The notes under the pieces: model-generated
Database searches by the model: none
Told to the model about the DNA's origin: nothing
The model's input: only the letters and a program-made list of their open reading frames with translations
Virus record (IMG/VR): IMGVR_UViG_3300014598_000002
Source: a virus
Lineage: Duplodnaviria > Heunggongvirae > Uroviricota > Caudoviricetes
Length of the DNA: 64,000 nt
Reading direction: 5' to 3' (one strand)
Translations under genes and position numbers: made by a program
In this document: piece after piece, positions 38,481 to 47,578 of the stretch
Layout: every line of letters begins with the position of its first letter
How positions within the stretch are numbered: position 1 is the stretch's first letter

Positions 38481-39596
38481 GTGAGGTTGATTTTGTCTAT
38501 CCTACTGAATCGAGACTTTACGAACGGTCAGTTTGCCAGTGGTTCGTATGCCAAAGTGGTTGAAACGGTGCTCAACACTGGCGTTCACGCGGGTGATCGC
38601 ACCGGAACCGGCACAAAAAGCGTTTCATATGTCCCTTCCTACTACATGCTGACGGGCGGCTCTGTTCCACTTATCTCCGGAAAAGCCGTCAATCTGAAGC
38701 CGTTACTGGTTGAGCTGGAGTGGTATCTCAAAGGAACGGGCAACATCCAGTTCCTGAAAGACAATGGCGTCAAAATCTGGGATGCCTGGGCTGATGAAAA
38801 TGGCGATTTAGGCCCGGTCTATGGCAAGCAATGGCGTCGGTGGGAAGACACCCGCATCGTGAACCATAACGAGTATTTGAGCAAAATCGACACGTTCCGT
38901 GAGCGCGGATACAAGGTCGAGGGGTATCTGGGCGTAAGTGAAGATCGCGTTGTGTTGTCCCGTGAAATCGACCAGCTACAGCGTATCGTTCAAACGCTTC
39001 GCACCAACCCGACAGATCGTCGCAACCTGCTGAATGCCTGGAATGTTGGCGAACTGGAAGACATGAAGCTGCCGCCATGCCATTTCGTGTTTTCACTGTG
39101 GAGTCGCGAGCTGGACTTTGAGACCCGACTGACGATGGCCACCGACATTGGCATTCAGCACAACCGCCACGGCCACGAGTCCATTTACACCCAGATGCTG
39201 TGTCTTCTGGAAAGAGATGGCGGCATTACTGAGAACATGCTGGACGAGCTGGGCATCCCGAAACGCATTCTGAACTCATGCCTGGTGCAGCGCAGCGTCG
39301 ATACCTTTGTTGGTATGCCGTTCAACATCGCCGGTTACGGCATTCTCACCCACTTCCTCGCGAAGATCACCGGCCACATGGCTGGCGCATTCGTGCATTT
39401 TGGCTTTGACGTTCATCTCTACGACAACCACATGGAAGGCGTTGAGGAACTGATGAAGCGCGAGCCGCCCAAAGAGTCCGACCCGGTTGTCATCTTCCCG
39501 CATGAATGGGCCGAACTGGACGACTTCAAATGGGAAGGTGTGCAGGTGTGCGGCTACAGCCCTCTTCCGTGGATCAAGGTTCCAGTGGCGGTGTGA
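38481..39596 (+). CDS. thyA: thymidylate synthase (ThyA) with insertions
   Basis: DRTGTGT ... KIWDAWADENGDLGPVYGKQWRRW closely mirrors the E. coli ThyA N-terminal region. GTG start is uncertain. Confidence 0.85.
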   Translation: MRLILSILLNRDFTNGQFASGSYAKVVETVLNTGVHAGDRTGTGTKSVSYVPSYYMLTGGSVPLISGKAVNLKPLLVELEWYLKGTGNIQFLKDNGVKIWDAWADENGDLGPVYGKQWRRWEDTRIVNHNEYLSKIDTFRERGYKVEGYLGVSEDRVVLSREIDQLQRIVQTLRTNPTDRRNLLNAWNVGELEDMKLPPCHFVFSLWSRELDFETRLTMATDIGIQHNRHGHESIYTQMLCLLERDGGITENMLDELGIPKRILNSCLVQRSVDTFVGMPFNIAGYGILTHFLAKITGHMAGAFVHFGFDVHLYDNHMEGVEELMKREPPKESDPVVIFPHEWAELDDFKWEGVQVCGYSPLPWIKVPVAV

Positions 39597-39597
39597 T

Positions 39598-40011
39598 ATG
39601 GCCAGAGGGATGTATGTGTTGTGTGAAATTGAAGGTGTGCTGGCGAGAGCCAGCCATCGCAAAGCAGTGCCTGATGCGGATGCAGGCGCTCTCATTGCCG
39701 GTGATGAACTCATCTTTCCCACCAGCCGCATGTTGCGTGGTTTTGCTCGCTCCGGTGCTGAAGTGGTGCTTATCAGTAGTCGTCCGGAAGCGCTCGAAGG
39801 CCCAACCAAACGCTGGCTGAAGGACTTCGGCATTGATTATGACTGGCTCCACCTGGTTCCGCGCGGTGTCAGTTTTGAAACCCATATCAAGCGCACGCTG
39901 GCAGAGCACAAAGGCGACTTACTTATCGCCGCACTGGTTCATGATCCGCGTCTGCGTTCTGCGCTGGCAGACTCTCACCAGCGACCAACCATCTATGAGG
40001 TAAGCCAATGA
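39598..40011 (+). CDS. hypothetical protein
   Basis: ATG right after the thyA stop. Track start is further upstream inside thyA. Confidence 0.4.
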   Translation: MARGMYVLCEIEGVLARASHRKAVPDADAGALIAGDELIFPTSRMLRGFARSGAEVVLISSRPEALEGPTKRWLKDFGIDYDWLHLVPRGVSFETHIKRTLAEHKGDLLIAALVHDPRLRSALADSHQRPTIYEVSQ

Positions 40012-40484
40012 AGATGATTGCAGCTGTTGGCCGCAACTATGAAATCGGCATTGGCAACGAACTTCCCTGGCGTTGCCCGACCGATCTGAAACTGTTCAAA
40101 CAACTCACCAAAAACGCCACTGTCGTGATGGGACGCAAGACGATGGAAAGTCTCAAGCGCCCGCTGCCAGAGCGCCATAACCTCGTTTTGACGCGCTCTC
40201 GTGGTTATATCCCCAATGGGTTCTACCCCGCTGGCATCGATGACGTTTTGAGACTACCAGATCCGGTATGGGTGATTGGTGGCGGGCAGATTTACTCGCT
40301 CTTTATGCCACACGTAGAAGAGATCTGGCTGTCGCATATTGGCGTGGATGTGCCGGGCGCGGATGCGTTCTTCCCGGCGCCAATGATGCGTTCTTTAGGG
40401 TTCGTACCAGTCGAAACGGCTTATACCCAACGTGCAAATGAGGATGAGCCTGGCTTTTTGCAGATCGTATACAGAAGGTCGTAA
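40008..40484 (+). CDS. folA: dihydrofolate reductase
   Basis: MIAAVGRNYEIGIGNELPW...VVMGRKT matches the DHFR N-terminal signature. Confidence 0.85.
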   Translation: MKMIAAVGRNYEIGIGNELPWRCPTDLKLFKQLTKNATVVMGRKTMESLKRPLPERHNLVLTRSRGYIPNGFYPAGIDDVLRLPDPVWVIGGGQIYSLFMPHVEEIWLSHIGVDVPGADAFFPAPMMRSLGFVPVETAYTQRANEDEPGFLQIVYRRS

Positions 40485-41128
40485 TGGATTACCGGATTGG
40501 AATCACTGGGGCACAGGGCAGTGGAAAAACAACCCTGGCAAGGTACATCGATGCGCATTATGGCATTCCGTATGTGGACGCCGGCGTTGGCAAGCTGATG
40601 AGCGGTCTGGGGGTGAAGGTTGGCGAGCGTTTGCCCCTTTACGAACGTCTTCAGGTTCAGATGGAGATTGCCAGACACATCGAGATGATCACCCGCGGCG
40701 TTGAAGGTTTTGTTATCGACCGCACGCCAGCCGATGTCATGGCTTATACGCTAGACCTGGTCGGTCAGACAAACGAAGACCGCTGCATCGAGCTGGCTCT
40801 CGACATTGAGCAGTTTTGCCACAAAGCGGCTATTTCCAACTTCAATGCTATCGCGGGTCTTCGCCCGGGCGTTGAGCTTTCCAGCAAAGATCTCGCGCGT
40901 CCCCAGCGAGGATCGCTTGACCGTCTCTATGTTGCTCGAATCGATGCACTTATGTGCGGTGAGCTGACGAAAATCAACACCCTTCCCCAAACCGGCGATC
41001 TGCAGGTGTTCGTTATCTCTGAAAAGTGTCGCACGGTTGAAGCGCGAGCCAGATCGGTATTGCGAGTGCTGGACAGAGCCGCTGAAAACATTGAGCGCCG
41101 TATAACAGGACGAGTGACCTTCCACTGA
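40484..41128 (+). CDS. P-loop NTPase / putative (deoxy)nucleotide kinase
   Basis: Walker A ITGAQGSGKTTLA at the N-terminus. 214 aa. Confidence 0.5.
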   Translation: MDYRIGITGAQGSGKTTLARYIDAHYGIPYVDAGVGKLMSGLGVKVGERLPLYERLQVQMEIARHIEMITRGVEGFVIDRTPADVMAYTLDLVGQTNEDRCIELALDIEQFCHKAAISNFNAIAGLRPGVELSSKDLARPQRGSLDRLYVARIDALMCGELTKINTLPQTGDLQVFVISEKCRTVEARARSVLRVLDRAAENIERRITGRVTFH

Positions 41129-41191
41129 ATATTGCTCCCCTGTTGGGCAGTGTGACAATAAGACACGCGAAATGAATCGAGGAAAAACAGA

Positions 41192-41611
41192 ATGATAGAC
41201 GAACTTCCCCTCTCGGATGAATTAGATCGTAAAGCGATTGAAGCATTGATCCGCATTGCTGACGAACAATCCCGCTCTTTGATGAGTGAACGTGAAGCAG
41301 GTCTGGCTATCCGCGCAGTGTTTGAGTCCGTTCAAGGGCTTGTTGGGGAAGAGGTTGGCGAAGCCATCAATGTGGCGATGTCGCAGTTCAATGGCGGCAC
41401 CAAGCGCCCTCTGTTTCCTATGCACCTCAAACTCTCAGGCGGTACGGTTCTGTACGTGTCCGTCTGTCTGGAGACCAACCAAATCCAGATCCTCAACACA
41501 TCAACGGGCGAATGGCGCGAGCCGGTCGTCTGCGAAAGTGGCGAGGACGCACTGAAAAAGGCTGCTCAGTTTGTGCGTGGCGCACTGCTGAAAGGCGCGA
41601 AGAAGCTGTAA
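41192..41611 (+). CDS. hypothetical protein
   Basis: 139 aa with an AGGAAAAACAG RBS region. Confidence 0.5.
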   Translation: MIDELPLSDELDRKAIEALIRIADEQSRSLMSEREAGLAIRAVFESVQGLVGEEVGEAINVAMSQFNGGTKRPLFPMHLKLSGGTVLYVSVCLETNQIQILNTSTGEWREPVVCESGEDALKKAAQFVRGALLKGAKKL

Positions 41612-41620
41612 GGAGTACCA

Positions 41621-42163
41621 ATGACCACGATTGTCGGTGGCGTCGATATTGAGTCCACAGGGCTGGACTTCACATCCGGCCACAAAATTATCGAAATCGC
41701 GATAACCCGTTATGAACTGGAAACCCAGAAGCACATCGACAGCCTTGAGATGCGCTTCAACCCGCGTCGCAGTATCGATCCGAAGGCGCAGGCAGTACAT
41801 GGTATTTCGCTGGAAGATCTGGCAGCAGAACCGCTACTGGCTGATCACGCAGGCAAGATTGCTGCATATATGGGTGCATGTAGCGCGTTAGTTGCCCATA
41901 ACGGAGAGGCTTTTGACCTTCCGTTCATTCGCCACGAGTTCGGCAGCTATGGGGTGAAATTGCCGGATATCCCTCTGGTTGACACTATGCTAGATGGGCT
42001 GTGGGCTACCGAAGATGGGAAGCGTCCACGCCTAGAAGAGCTGGCGTTCTCACTTGGCTTCACTTACGACCGTGAGAAGGCCCACAGTGCCCTCTACGAT
42101 ACTGAGCTGATGATGCAATGTTTTTTCAAAGCTCGGGAAAAATATGGTTTTTTCGATTTTTAA
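41621..42163 (+). CDS. DnaQ-like (DEDDh) 3'-5' exonuclease
   Basis: Exo motifs VDIESTGL (I), AHNGEAFDLPF (II), HSALYDTE (III). Confidence 0.75.
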   Translation: MTTIVGGVDIESTGLDFTSGHKIIEIAITRYELETQKHIDSLEMRFNPRRSIDPKAQAVHGISLEDLAAEPLLADHAGKIAAYMGACSALVAHNGEAFDLPFIRHEFGSYGVKLPDIPLVDTMLDGLWATEDGKRPRLEELAFSLGFTYDREKAHSALYDTELMMQCFFKAREKYGFFDF

Positions 42164-42168
42164 TTTAA

Positions 42169-42205
42169 TAAGCGGTGCAATAAATTGCACCGCTTAACTT
42201 TTTAA
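42169..42205. terminator. bidirectional hairpin terminator AAGCGGTGCAA-taaa-TTGCACCGCTT
   Basis: Perfect 11-bp stem between convergent genes, with T/A runs on both sides. Confidence 0.6.
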
Positions 42206-43317
42206 AATGAAACTTTTGCCTTCAGTAACTTGGCTGCCATTTCAAAATCAATTTCTCCGGTTTTAGACTCTGTTGCGAGCTTGTACAGAACCAGAACGTA
42301 TGTATCACCCAGGACTTTTGTGATTGCACTTGCCGTTGTTGCAGAAATCGCCCCTCCAACGAGGCTTCCTACACCAGGTATCATCTTTAATAGCCCTGTG
42401 ACAATTGTTCGTCCTAAAAAAACTGCACCACCAGCACCTATTAAAGACGTTACCATTGTTGTTAATGCCGCTTTAGATACATCCATTCCAAAGGTATAAC
42501 TGATTTTTGCAATCATTGTGACTTGAATTGGCACTAAGGTAAATGCATCTGAAAATGGAACTGGGGTTGCTGCGGCCGCACCTGCGAGGACTGTTGCGGC
42601 AATAACCTCTTTACTAGCTTGCTCTTTTTTTATATCCAATGCTTTTTTGTTCTTAATTGAAAGAGCATTGGAAAATGCCTTTTTTTGTGCTTCTGGAATA
42701 ACCTCATACGATGTTTGGATTAAATCATCTATGCCTCTAACCTTTCTTTTTCCTATGATTTCATCTGGTTCATCTTCATCATAAATCGTTTCTTCAATCG
42801 CACGAGTTAGACAGACTGCATGGCTATAGTTTTTAAATGCAATCTCAACTTCTTTCGCAAATTCATTGTTTTTGAAGCTGTTTGTTTTTGTTAGTACTAC
42901 TATAACCGGTATTCCTTTACTTATCAAAAACTTGGCTATGTTTAGTTCAGCTTTTTCATAACGTTGACCGGTGTCATTAATACATAGCCAAGCGAGATGG
43001 ACGTAATTCTCTGATTCTTCACTATTGTTATGTTCGTTTATGTAATTTTCAATGTTTAATCTGGTTTTATCGTAATCCGCGACTTCCAGTCCCTGAGTAT
43101 CAATGATTTGTAATGGGACGCCTTCTTTCTTAATTACTTTTATATTTTCTGTTACAGGGCGGCCTACCCCAGTTCTCGCAAAGTCTCCACGAAATACACT
43201 ATTAATGAGAGAACTTTTTCCTACACCAGTCTTTCCTATCACGATGATGTTAGCTATCGGCATATCTTTTACTGCATCGTTCAAAATGGCATTTACATCA
43301 ATGTTCACATTAATCAC
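42202..43317 (-). CDS. small GTPase (Era/EngA-like G domain) with C-terminal membrane-associated, DUF697-like hydrophobic region
   Basis: Very AT-rich. G1 GKTGVGKSS, G3 DTQG, G4-like LTKTN. C-terminal about 130 aa rich in A/G/T/V amphipathic or TM segments. The precise start is uncertain: GTG at 43317, GTG at 43308 with an AAGGAG RBS, or ATG at 43263. Confidence 0.6.
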   Translation of the reverse strand: MINVNIDVNAILNDAVKDMPIANIIVIGKTGVGKSSLINSVFRGDFARTGVGRPVTENIKVIKKEGVPLQIIDTQGLEVADYDKTRLNIENYINEHNNSEESENYVHLAWLCINDTGQRYEKAELNIAKFLISKGIPVIVVLTKTNSFKNNEFAKEVEIAFKNYSHAVCLTRAIEETIYDEDEPDEIIGKRKVRGIDDLIQTSYEVIPEAQKKAFSNALSIKNKKALDIKKEQASKEVIAATVLAGAAAATPVPFSDAFTLVPIQVTMIAKISYTFGMDVSKAALTTMVTSLIGAGGAVFLGRTIVTGLLKMIPGVGSLVGGAISATTASAITKVLGDTYVLVLYKLATESKTGEIDFEMAAKLLKAKVSF

Positions 43318-43518
43318 TCCTTTAGCAGAAGCCTCTCATCATAGCGGCTGATTTTACATTTGGAAATCATATGAGGTTTGGATGAAAAAAAATCTTCAAA
43401 AGCGTGAGGTAATTTATTGTAATTACCTGAATTTATTCGTTTTCTACCTGATAGGTTTTGCCAGAATACGCTCAACCAAAACGCGGAAACGCACCAACGA
43501 AAACATAAGGAGTTAAAA

Positions 43519-44361
43519 ATGAGCGCAGTTACAAACACTGTTAAAAACGATGACCTGGACGAACTGACTGCAATGTTGCAATCTCTCGACGAACCAGTGC
43601 AGAAAGCTGCGAAAATGAGCGGTGTCGACGAGATCGACGATCTTCTCTCTGGTCTGGATGATGCAATCGCAAAACCAGTCGAGGCGGTGGCGGATGAAGT
43701 CATGAATGCCAGCTCTACCGGCGATCTGAGTAGCGTTCTGGAAGAGCTTGAGATTGAGCACGAATCGGTGAAGGTCGAGGAACCAGAGCGTGACCTTGTT
43801 GCGGAGATAGTGAACGAGCCAGCGCCTGAACTTGACGCTCGAAGTACTGAGACTACCGGTACAGATCCAACCCCTTTACCTTCAGTGGCGTCAGAGCCTA
43901 AACCTGAAGAAGAGCAGCCAAAACGCCAGAAGGCAAAATCAGAGCGTACCCCGGCCAAACCTCGCTTCACGCTGGAAGGTAAGGACGAATCGTTCTATGC
44001 GACAGCCGGTCTGGAAAGTGAGAGCTTTACTGCCGCATTCGAAGGGGCGCCAGTCAAAGCGAAAGACAAGATCTTAAACCTTTTGAACTGGTTTAGTGGT
44101 GGGCCGCAAATCAGCGTCTACACGGTAATCGCAATGCGCCATATCCTTGACGCGAACACGGCGACCAGCAATAGCATTAAACTGGCGCTAATGAGCAACC
44201 CGGAGAAACCATATCCGCTCAACACCGCTTCGACTCAGGCTGGCCAGATGATGGCTGTGTTTCCAGCTACTGGCATTGCCACCAGGGAAGGTGGAAATCT
44301 AACCCTTAATAAAGAGTCGCCGATCGTCAAAAAATTCATAGCGGAGTATTCCATTGGATGA
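43519..44361 (+). CDS. hypothetical acidic protein
   Basis: 280 aa with an AAGGAG RBS. Acidic N-terminal half. Confidence 0.5.
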   Translation: MSAVTNTVKNDDLDELTAMLQSLDEPVQKAAKMSGVDEIDDLLSGLDDAIAKPVEAVADEVMNASSTGDLSSVLEELEIEHESVKVEEPERDLVAEIVNEPAPELDARSTETTGTDPTPLPSVASEPKPEEEQPKRQKAKSERTPAKPRFTLEGKDESFYATAGLESESFTAAFEGAPVKAKDKILNLLNWFSGGPQISVYTVIAMRHILDANTATSNSIKLALMSNPEKPYPLNTASTQAGQMMAVFPATGIATREGGNLTLNKESPIVKKFIAEYSIG

Positions 44362-44546
44362 TGTTCCCCTACCCGATCTAAAGCCCCCTGACAGCTTTAG
44401 GACGCTGGGTAAGCTCATTGCATACCCAGCATCGATAAAACGCGCCAGAGAGCTTCCCGTTTGCGAATCTGGCGCGTTCTTCTTTGTTTGCTATCCGTTT
44501 GATTAAATGAAAAAATAGGTAAGTATTTACCTATCAGGGCAAGATA

Positions 44547-45140
44547 ATGATCGCAGCCGAAAAAATCAAAAAGCGAGAGCGTGATGCCTCTCTTCGCGAC
44601 CTTTGGCGCACACCGCAGTGGTTGTTTGTCGCCATCCAACGTTACATAGGCGTAAAGTTCGATGTGGACGTCGCCTGCAACAAAGATAACGCTCTCCTGC
44701 CGAACTTTATCGGTGTTGAGCGTGATGCGCTCAAGTGCAGCTGGGGAGAACCTGGCACTGTGGCGTTCCTTAACCCGCCCTACTCCAAAATCACCCCCTG
44801 TATAGACGCAGCCATCCGCGAGCAGGCGCGTGGAGTGACGACGGTCATGTTGATACCACAATCCCTCGATACGCAGTGGTACGAGCGTGCGGCTGAATGC
44901 GCCAACGAAACCGTCATCTTGTCTGGCGGCCGCGTGGCGTTCGTTGAGCCAGATGTTGAACTTGGGCTGGTGGAGGTGAACATCAACCCTGGTGGCAGCA
45001 TGTTGCTTATCTTCCGTGGCTACTGTCAGGAAGCTGGGCACACCATCAGCAAGATACCGCTGGCGGTGATGAAAAAGCTGGGTGGTTATGATCCTGCCAA
45101 TGTTGTCAGGAAGAAGAGACCACGTAAAAAGGCAGCGTAA
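44547..45140 (+). CDS. dam: phage Dam-type DNA N6-adenine methyltransferase
   Basis: Catalytic NPPYS motif and the LWRTPQWLF N-terminal region typical of T1/phage Dam MTases. Confidence 0.7.
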   Translation: MIAAEKIKKRERDASLRDLWRTPQWLFVAIQRYIGVKFDVDVACNKDNALLPNFIGVERDALKCSWGEPGTVAFLNPPYSKITPCIDAAIREQARGVTTVMLIPQSLDTQWYERAAECANETVILSGGRVAFVEPDVELGLVEVNINPGGSMLLIFRGYCQEAGHTISKIPLAVMKKLGGYDPANVVRKKRPRKKAA

Positions 45141-45342
45141 ACACCAGTCTGGGAGTTAGTTTGAGAACCTGCTTCCGTATATATAAATAACTAAGTACTA
45201 ATTATTAATATATACAGACGCAGGCTTTTTAAGACGTGATTTCCAAACAACTCCCAGACCGTTTTACACCTCCAGAACCCACTGGAACCCCTCTTCAGAC
45301 GCTCTAGAATCGATTTTATGAACCACAGTAAGGAAAACTATC

Positions 45343-45579
45343 ATGGTATACCCGACGAACGTCGTAGCGCTCGTTGAGAGCGATTTTCTGGCCAAAGTGC
45401 GCGACATGATGAAAGATCGCGATAAGGCTTTCAGTCTCTACGAATGGTCGCTCAAATGTCTTCATTCAGGCGAGCACAAAGAGCTGGTGGAGCAGCTGTT
45501 AGGGGAACTCATCAATGAGGTGTTTGCCCTGAACGTCCAGCTTCATGGTCGAGAAAATAATCAATCGAATAATCGGTAA
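45343..45579 (+). CDS. hypothetical protein
   Basis: 78 aa with a GTAAGGAAAA RBS. Stop is embedded in a perfect GGTAAGTACTTACC palindrome. Confidence 0.4.
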   Translation: MVYPTNVVALVESDFLAKVRDMMKDRDKAFSLYEWSLKCLHSGEHKELVEQLLGELINEVFALNVQLHGRENNQSNNR

Positions 45580-46165
45580 GTACTTACCATTTAAAACGCA
45601 GATCGCCAGTGATAAAATCTACCCGCTTTCCGGATTGATTCCGGCAGCTCGACCTGATGGGTGGGGGATAGCGTCACTGGCGTCAGGTTTAAAAAAGCTC
45701 ACTACCAGCGTAGAACCGGCACCGTTTAGGGGTTGGGGAAGGGGGAACCAAAGTGAGCAGAGAGAAGGGTCACTTTATGATTGTCGAGTCTGGAGTGTTT
45801 CGAGAGGTTGAATCCAGTACTCCCCTTCATAAAGGGTGGGAAGATCTCGGTTCTGGGGTGCTGTCATCCATAACTTCCCAAGCCTAAGCTGGCAGTAGAC
45901 TTAGGTCATAACTTTTCAGGTTATGTAACGACCAGGTTGGTGAGGAAATTTTGTACTCACCTCCCTGGGAAAGTATTACCTGAAAAGACAACCTCTCACT
46001 TCGTTCGAGGTGAACTTCACTCACTTCGTTCGTTCAGTTCAGGTTTTATTAAAACCTGTTCTGGGAAGTAAGTTTTTCTTTTCTAAAAATTTTTAATATT
46101 TACACGCACGCGTGCGCACACGCGCGAGGAAAAAAATCGTCTTGGCGCGCGATTCTGGAGCCAAA

Positions 46166-46762
46166 ATGACGACCAAGACCCCAGCCCGGCAACATACTGG
46201 CTGCCGCACGAAGTCCAAAGCCAGATACCAAACCCACCAGCAATCCCGTACCAACTTCAAAACCCCCGTAGTCGAGTTCAATCCCCAGCTCAAAACCGTA
46301 AAAGTATTCAGTGATGGCTCTTGCCTCAAAAATCCGGGCGGGCCGGGCGGTTACGGCATCGTTCTCCAGTATCGAGGCGAAGAGCGCGAGCTTTCTGAGG
46401 GCTTCCACAGCACGACCAACAATCGGATGGAGATGATGGGCGCCCTGATTGCGCTGGAGCGTCTGAAGTACCCCTGCAACGTGATCCTGCATTCCGACAG
46501 CCAGTATTTAAAAAACGGCATGACGCTCTGGATGAAAGGCTGGAAGCGTAACGGATGGATCACGTCTGAGAAGAAGCCAGTCAAAAACGTCGATCTCTGG
46601 AAACGTCTCGATTCGGCCGCCAGCCGTCACAATGTCCGCTGGAAGTGGGTTAAAGGTCATGCCGGTCATCGCGAGAACGAAATGTGTGACCGCCTGGCGA
46701 AGATCGCCGCCTACTCCGCAGCTGATATGCCTCACAAGCGTGACATTGGATTTTTGTCATAA
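46166..46762 (+). CDS. rnhA: RNase HI with basic N-terminal extension
   Basis: [20 protein letters not shown] ... [11 protein letters not shown] closely matches the E. coli RNase HI core. Preceded by about 45 K/R/T/Q-rich residues. GGAG RBS. Confidence 0.8.
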   Translation: MTTKTPARQHTGCRTKSKARYQTHQQSRTNFKTPVVEFNPQLKTVKVFSDGSCLKNPGGPGGYGIVLQYRGEERELSEGFHSTTNNRMEMMGALIALERLKYPCNVILHSDSQYLKNGMTLWMKGWKRNGWITSEKKPVKNVDLWKRLDSAASRHNVRWKWVKGHAGHRENEMCDRLAKIAAYSAADMPHKRDIGFLS

Positions 46763-46915
46763 AATGATAAGTAAGTATTTACCTATTATTTTAAATCAGG
46801 TATCTTACCGTTCGTCAGGATGACGAAGTATCGGTAGGTACTGTTCCAGGATGGAACGCCAAAAGGCGGCTGGCTTGGCCAGCCGCAACTCTTTCTGACA
46901 CTGAATGGAATCCAA

Positions 46916-47410
46916 ATGGCACGTCAAACGCCTTTCACTTCTTTCAATAAACGTCCCCGTTCAATTCGCCTGGTTCTGGCCGAGCTGTTTAGCGGTCGTG
47001 TTTCTGCACGCCTTGCGGAACTGGAAGAACGAGTGTTTGAGCTGGAGAAGCGCATTGATGCGCAAGCTACCGCCATAGCAAATCTGGGTGCGACAGTAGG
47101 CATGGGGAAGGTGCGTGATTCCGTCGCCTCTCGTGTGTTGCGTGAATCCCAAGCACACAAGGACAGTTCTCATGGAAAATTTTCAACGAAATCGACTGAA
47201 GCCAATGGCCTACGGAGTAATTTTAGCAACCCTGGCAGCGGTAGCCGTGCCAGCCGGTCAGAGTCTGTTGATACCGGACACAACTACTTCCACCACAACC
47301 TTGCAGACGACACCCCTGCCAGAACGACCTCCTGTCTCTCTGGATGGGATGCTGCTGGACACGATTCTAGCTCGACCTGCAACTCCGGATCTTCCTTCTG
47401 CTGTGACTGA
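46916..47410 (+). CDS. hypothetical protein (coiled-coil N-terminus). Overlaps a second frame (47172-47423) encoding a signal-peptide/Thr-rich peptide.
   Basis: Two long overlapping frames. Neither is convincingly better. Confidence 0.3.
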   Translation: MARQTPFTSFNKRPRSIRLVLAELFSGRVSARLAELEERVFELEKRIDAQATAIANLGATVGMGKVRDSVASRVLRESQAHKDSSHGKFSTKSTEANGLRSNFSNPGSGSRASRSESVDTGHNYFHHNLADDTPARTTSCLSGWDAAGHDSSSTCNSGSSFCCD

Positions 47411-47532
47411 GGCTATTGCATGAAATGGAGCTTCCTCAATACCCTAATAATATGGATTGAATATTGTATTTTACTTATGACGGCTGGACTTTGTAATTTG
47501 TTTTTTATTGAGTTTTCATCTTCGTAAAACTT

Positions 47533-47572
47533 TCGATAAAAACGCAGGCTATAATATCTTATTAGCCTGCGT
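47533..47572 (-). terminator. rho-independent terminator for the minus-strand NTPase gene (ACGCAGGCTA...TAGCCTGCGT + T-run on minus)
   Basis: 10-bp stem. The minus-strand reading is followed by TTTTTATCG. Confidence 0.6.
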
Positions 47573-47578
47573 TGTGAT

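Noticed and set aside
45545-45811. 88-aa ORF after the 45343-45579 gene
   Set aside because: It starts inside the perfect GGTAAGTACTTACC palindrome and runs through a region with motif-like elements and no RBS. More likely a non-coding regulatory region.
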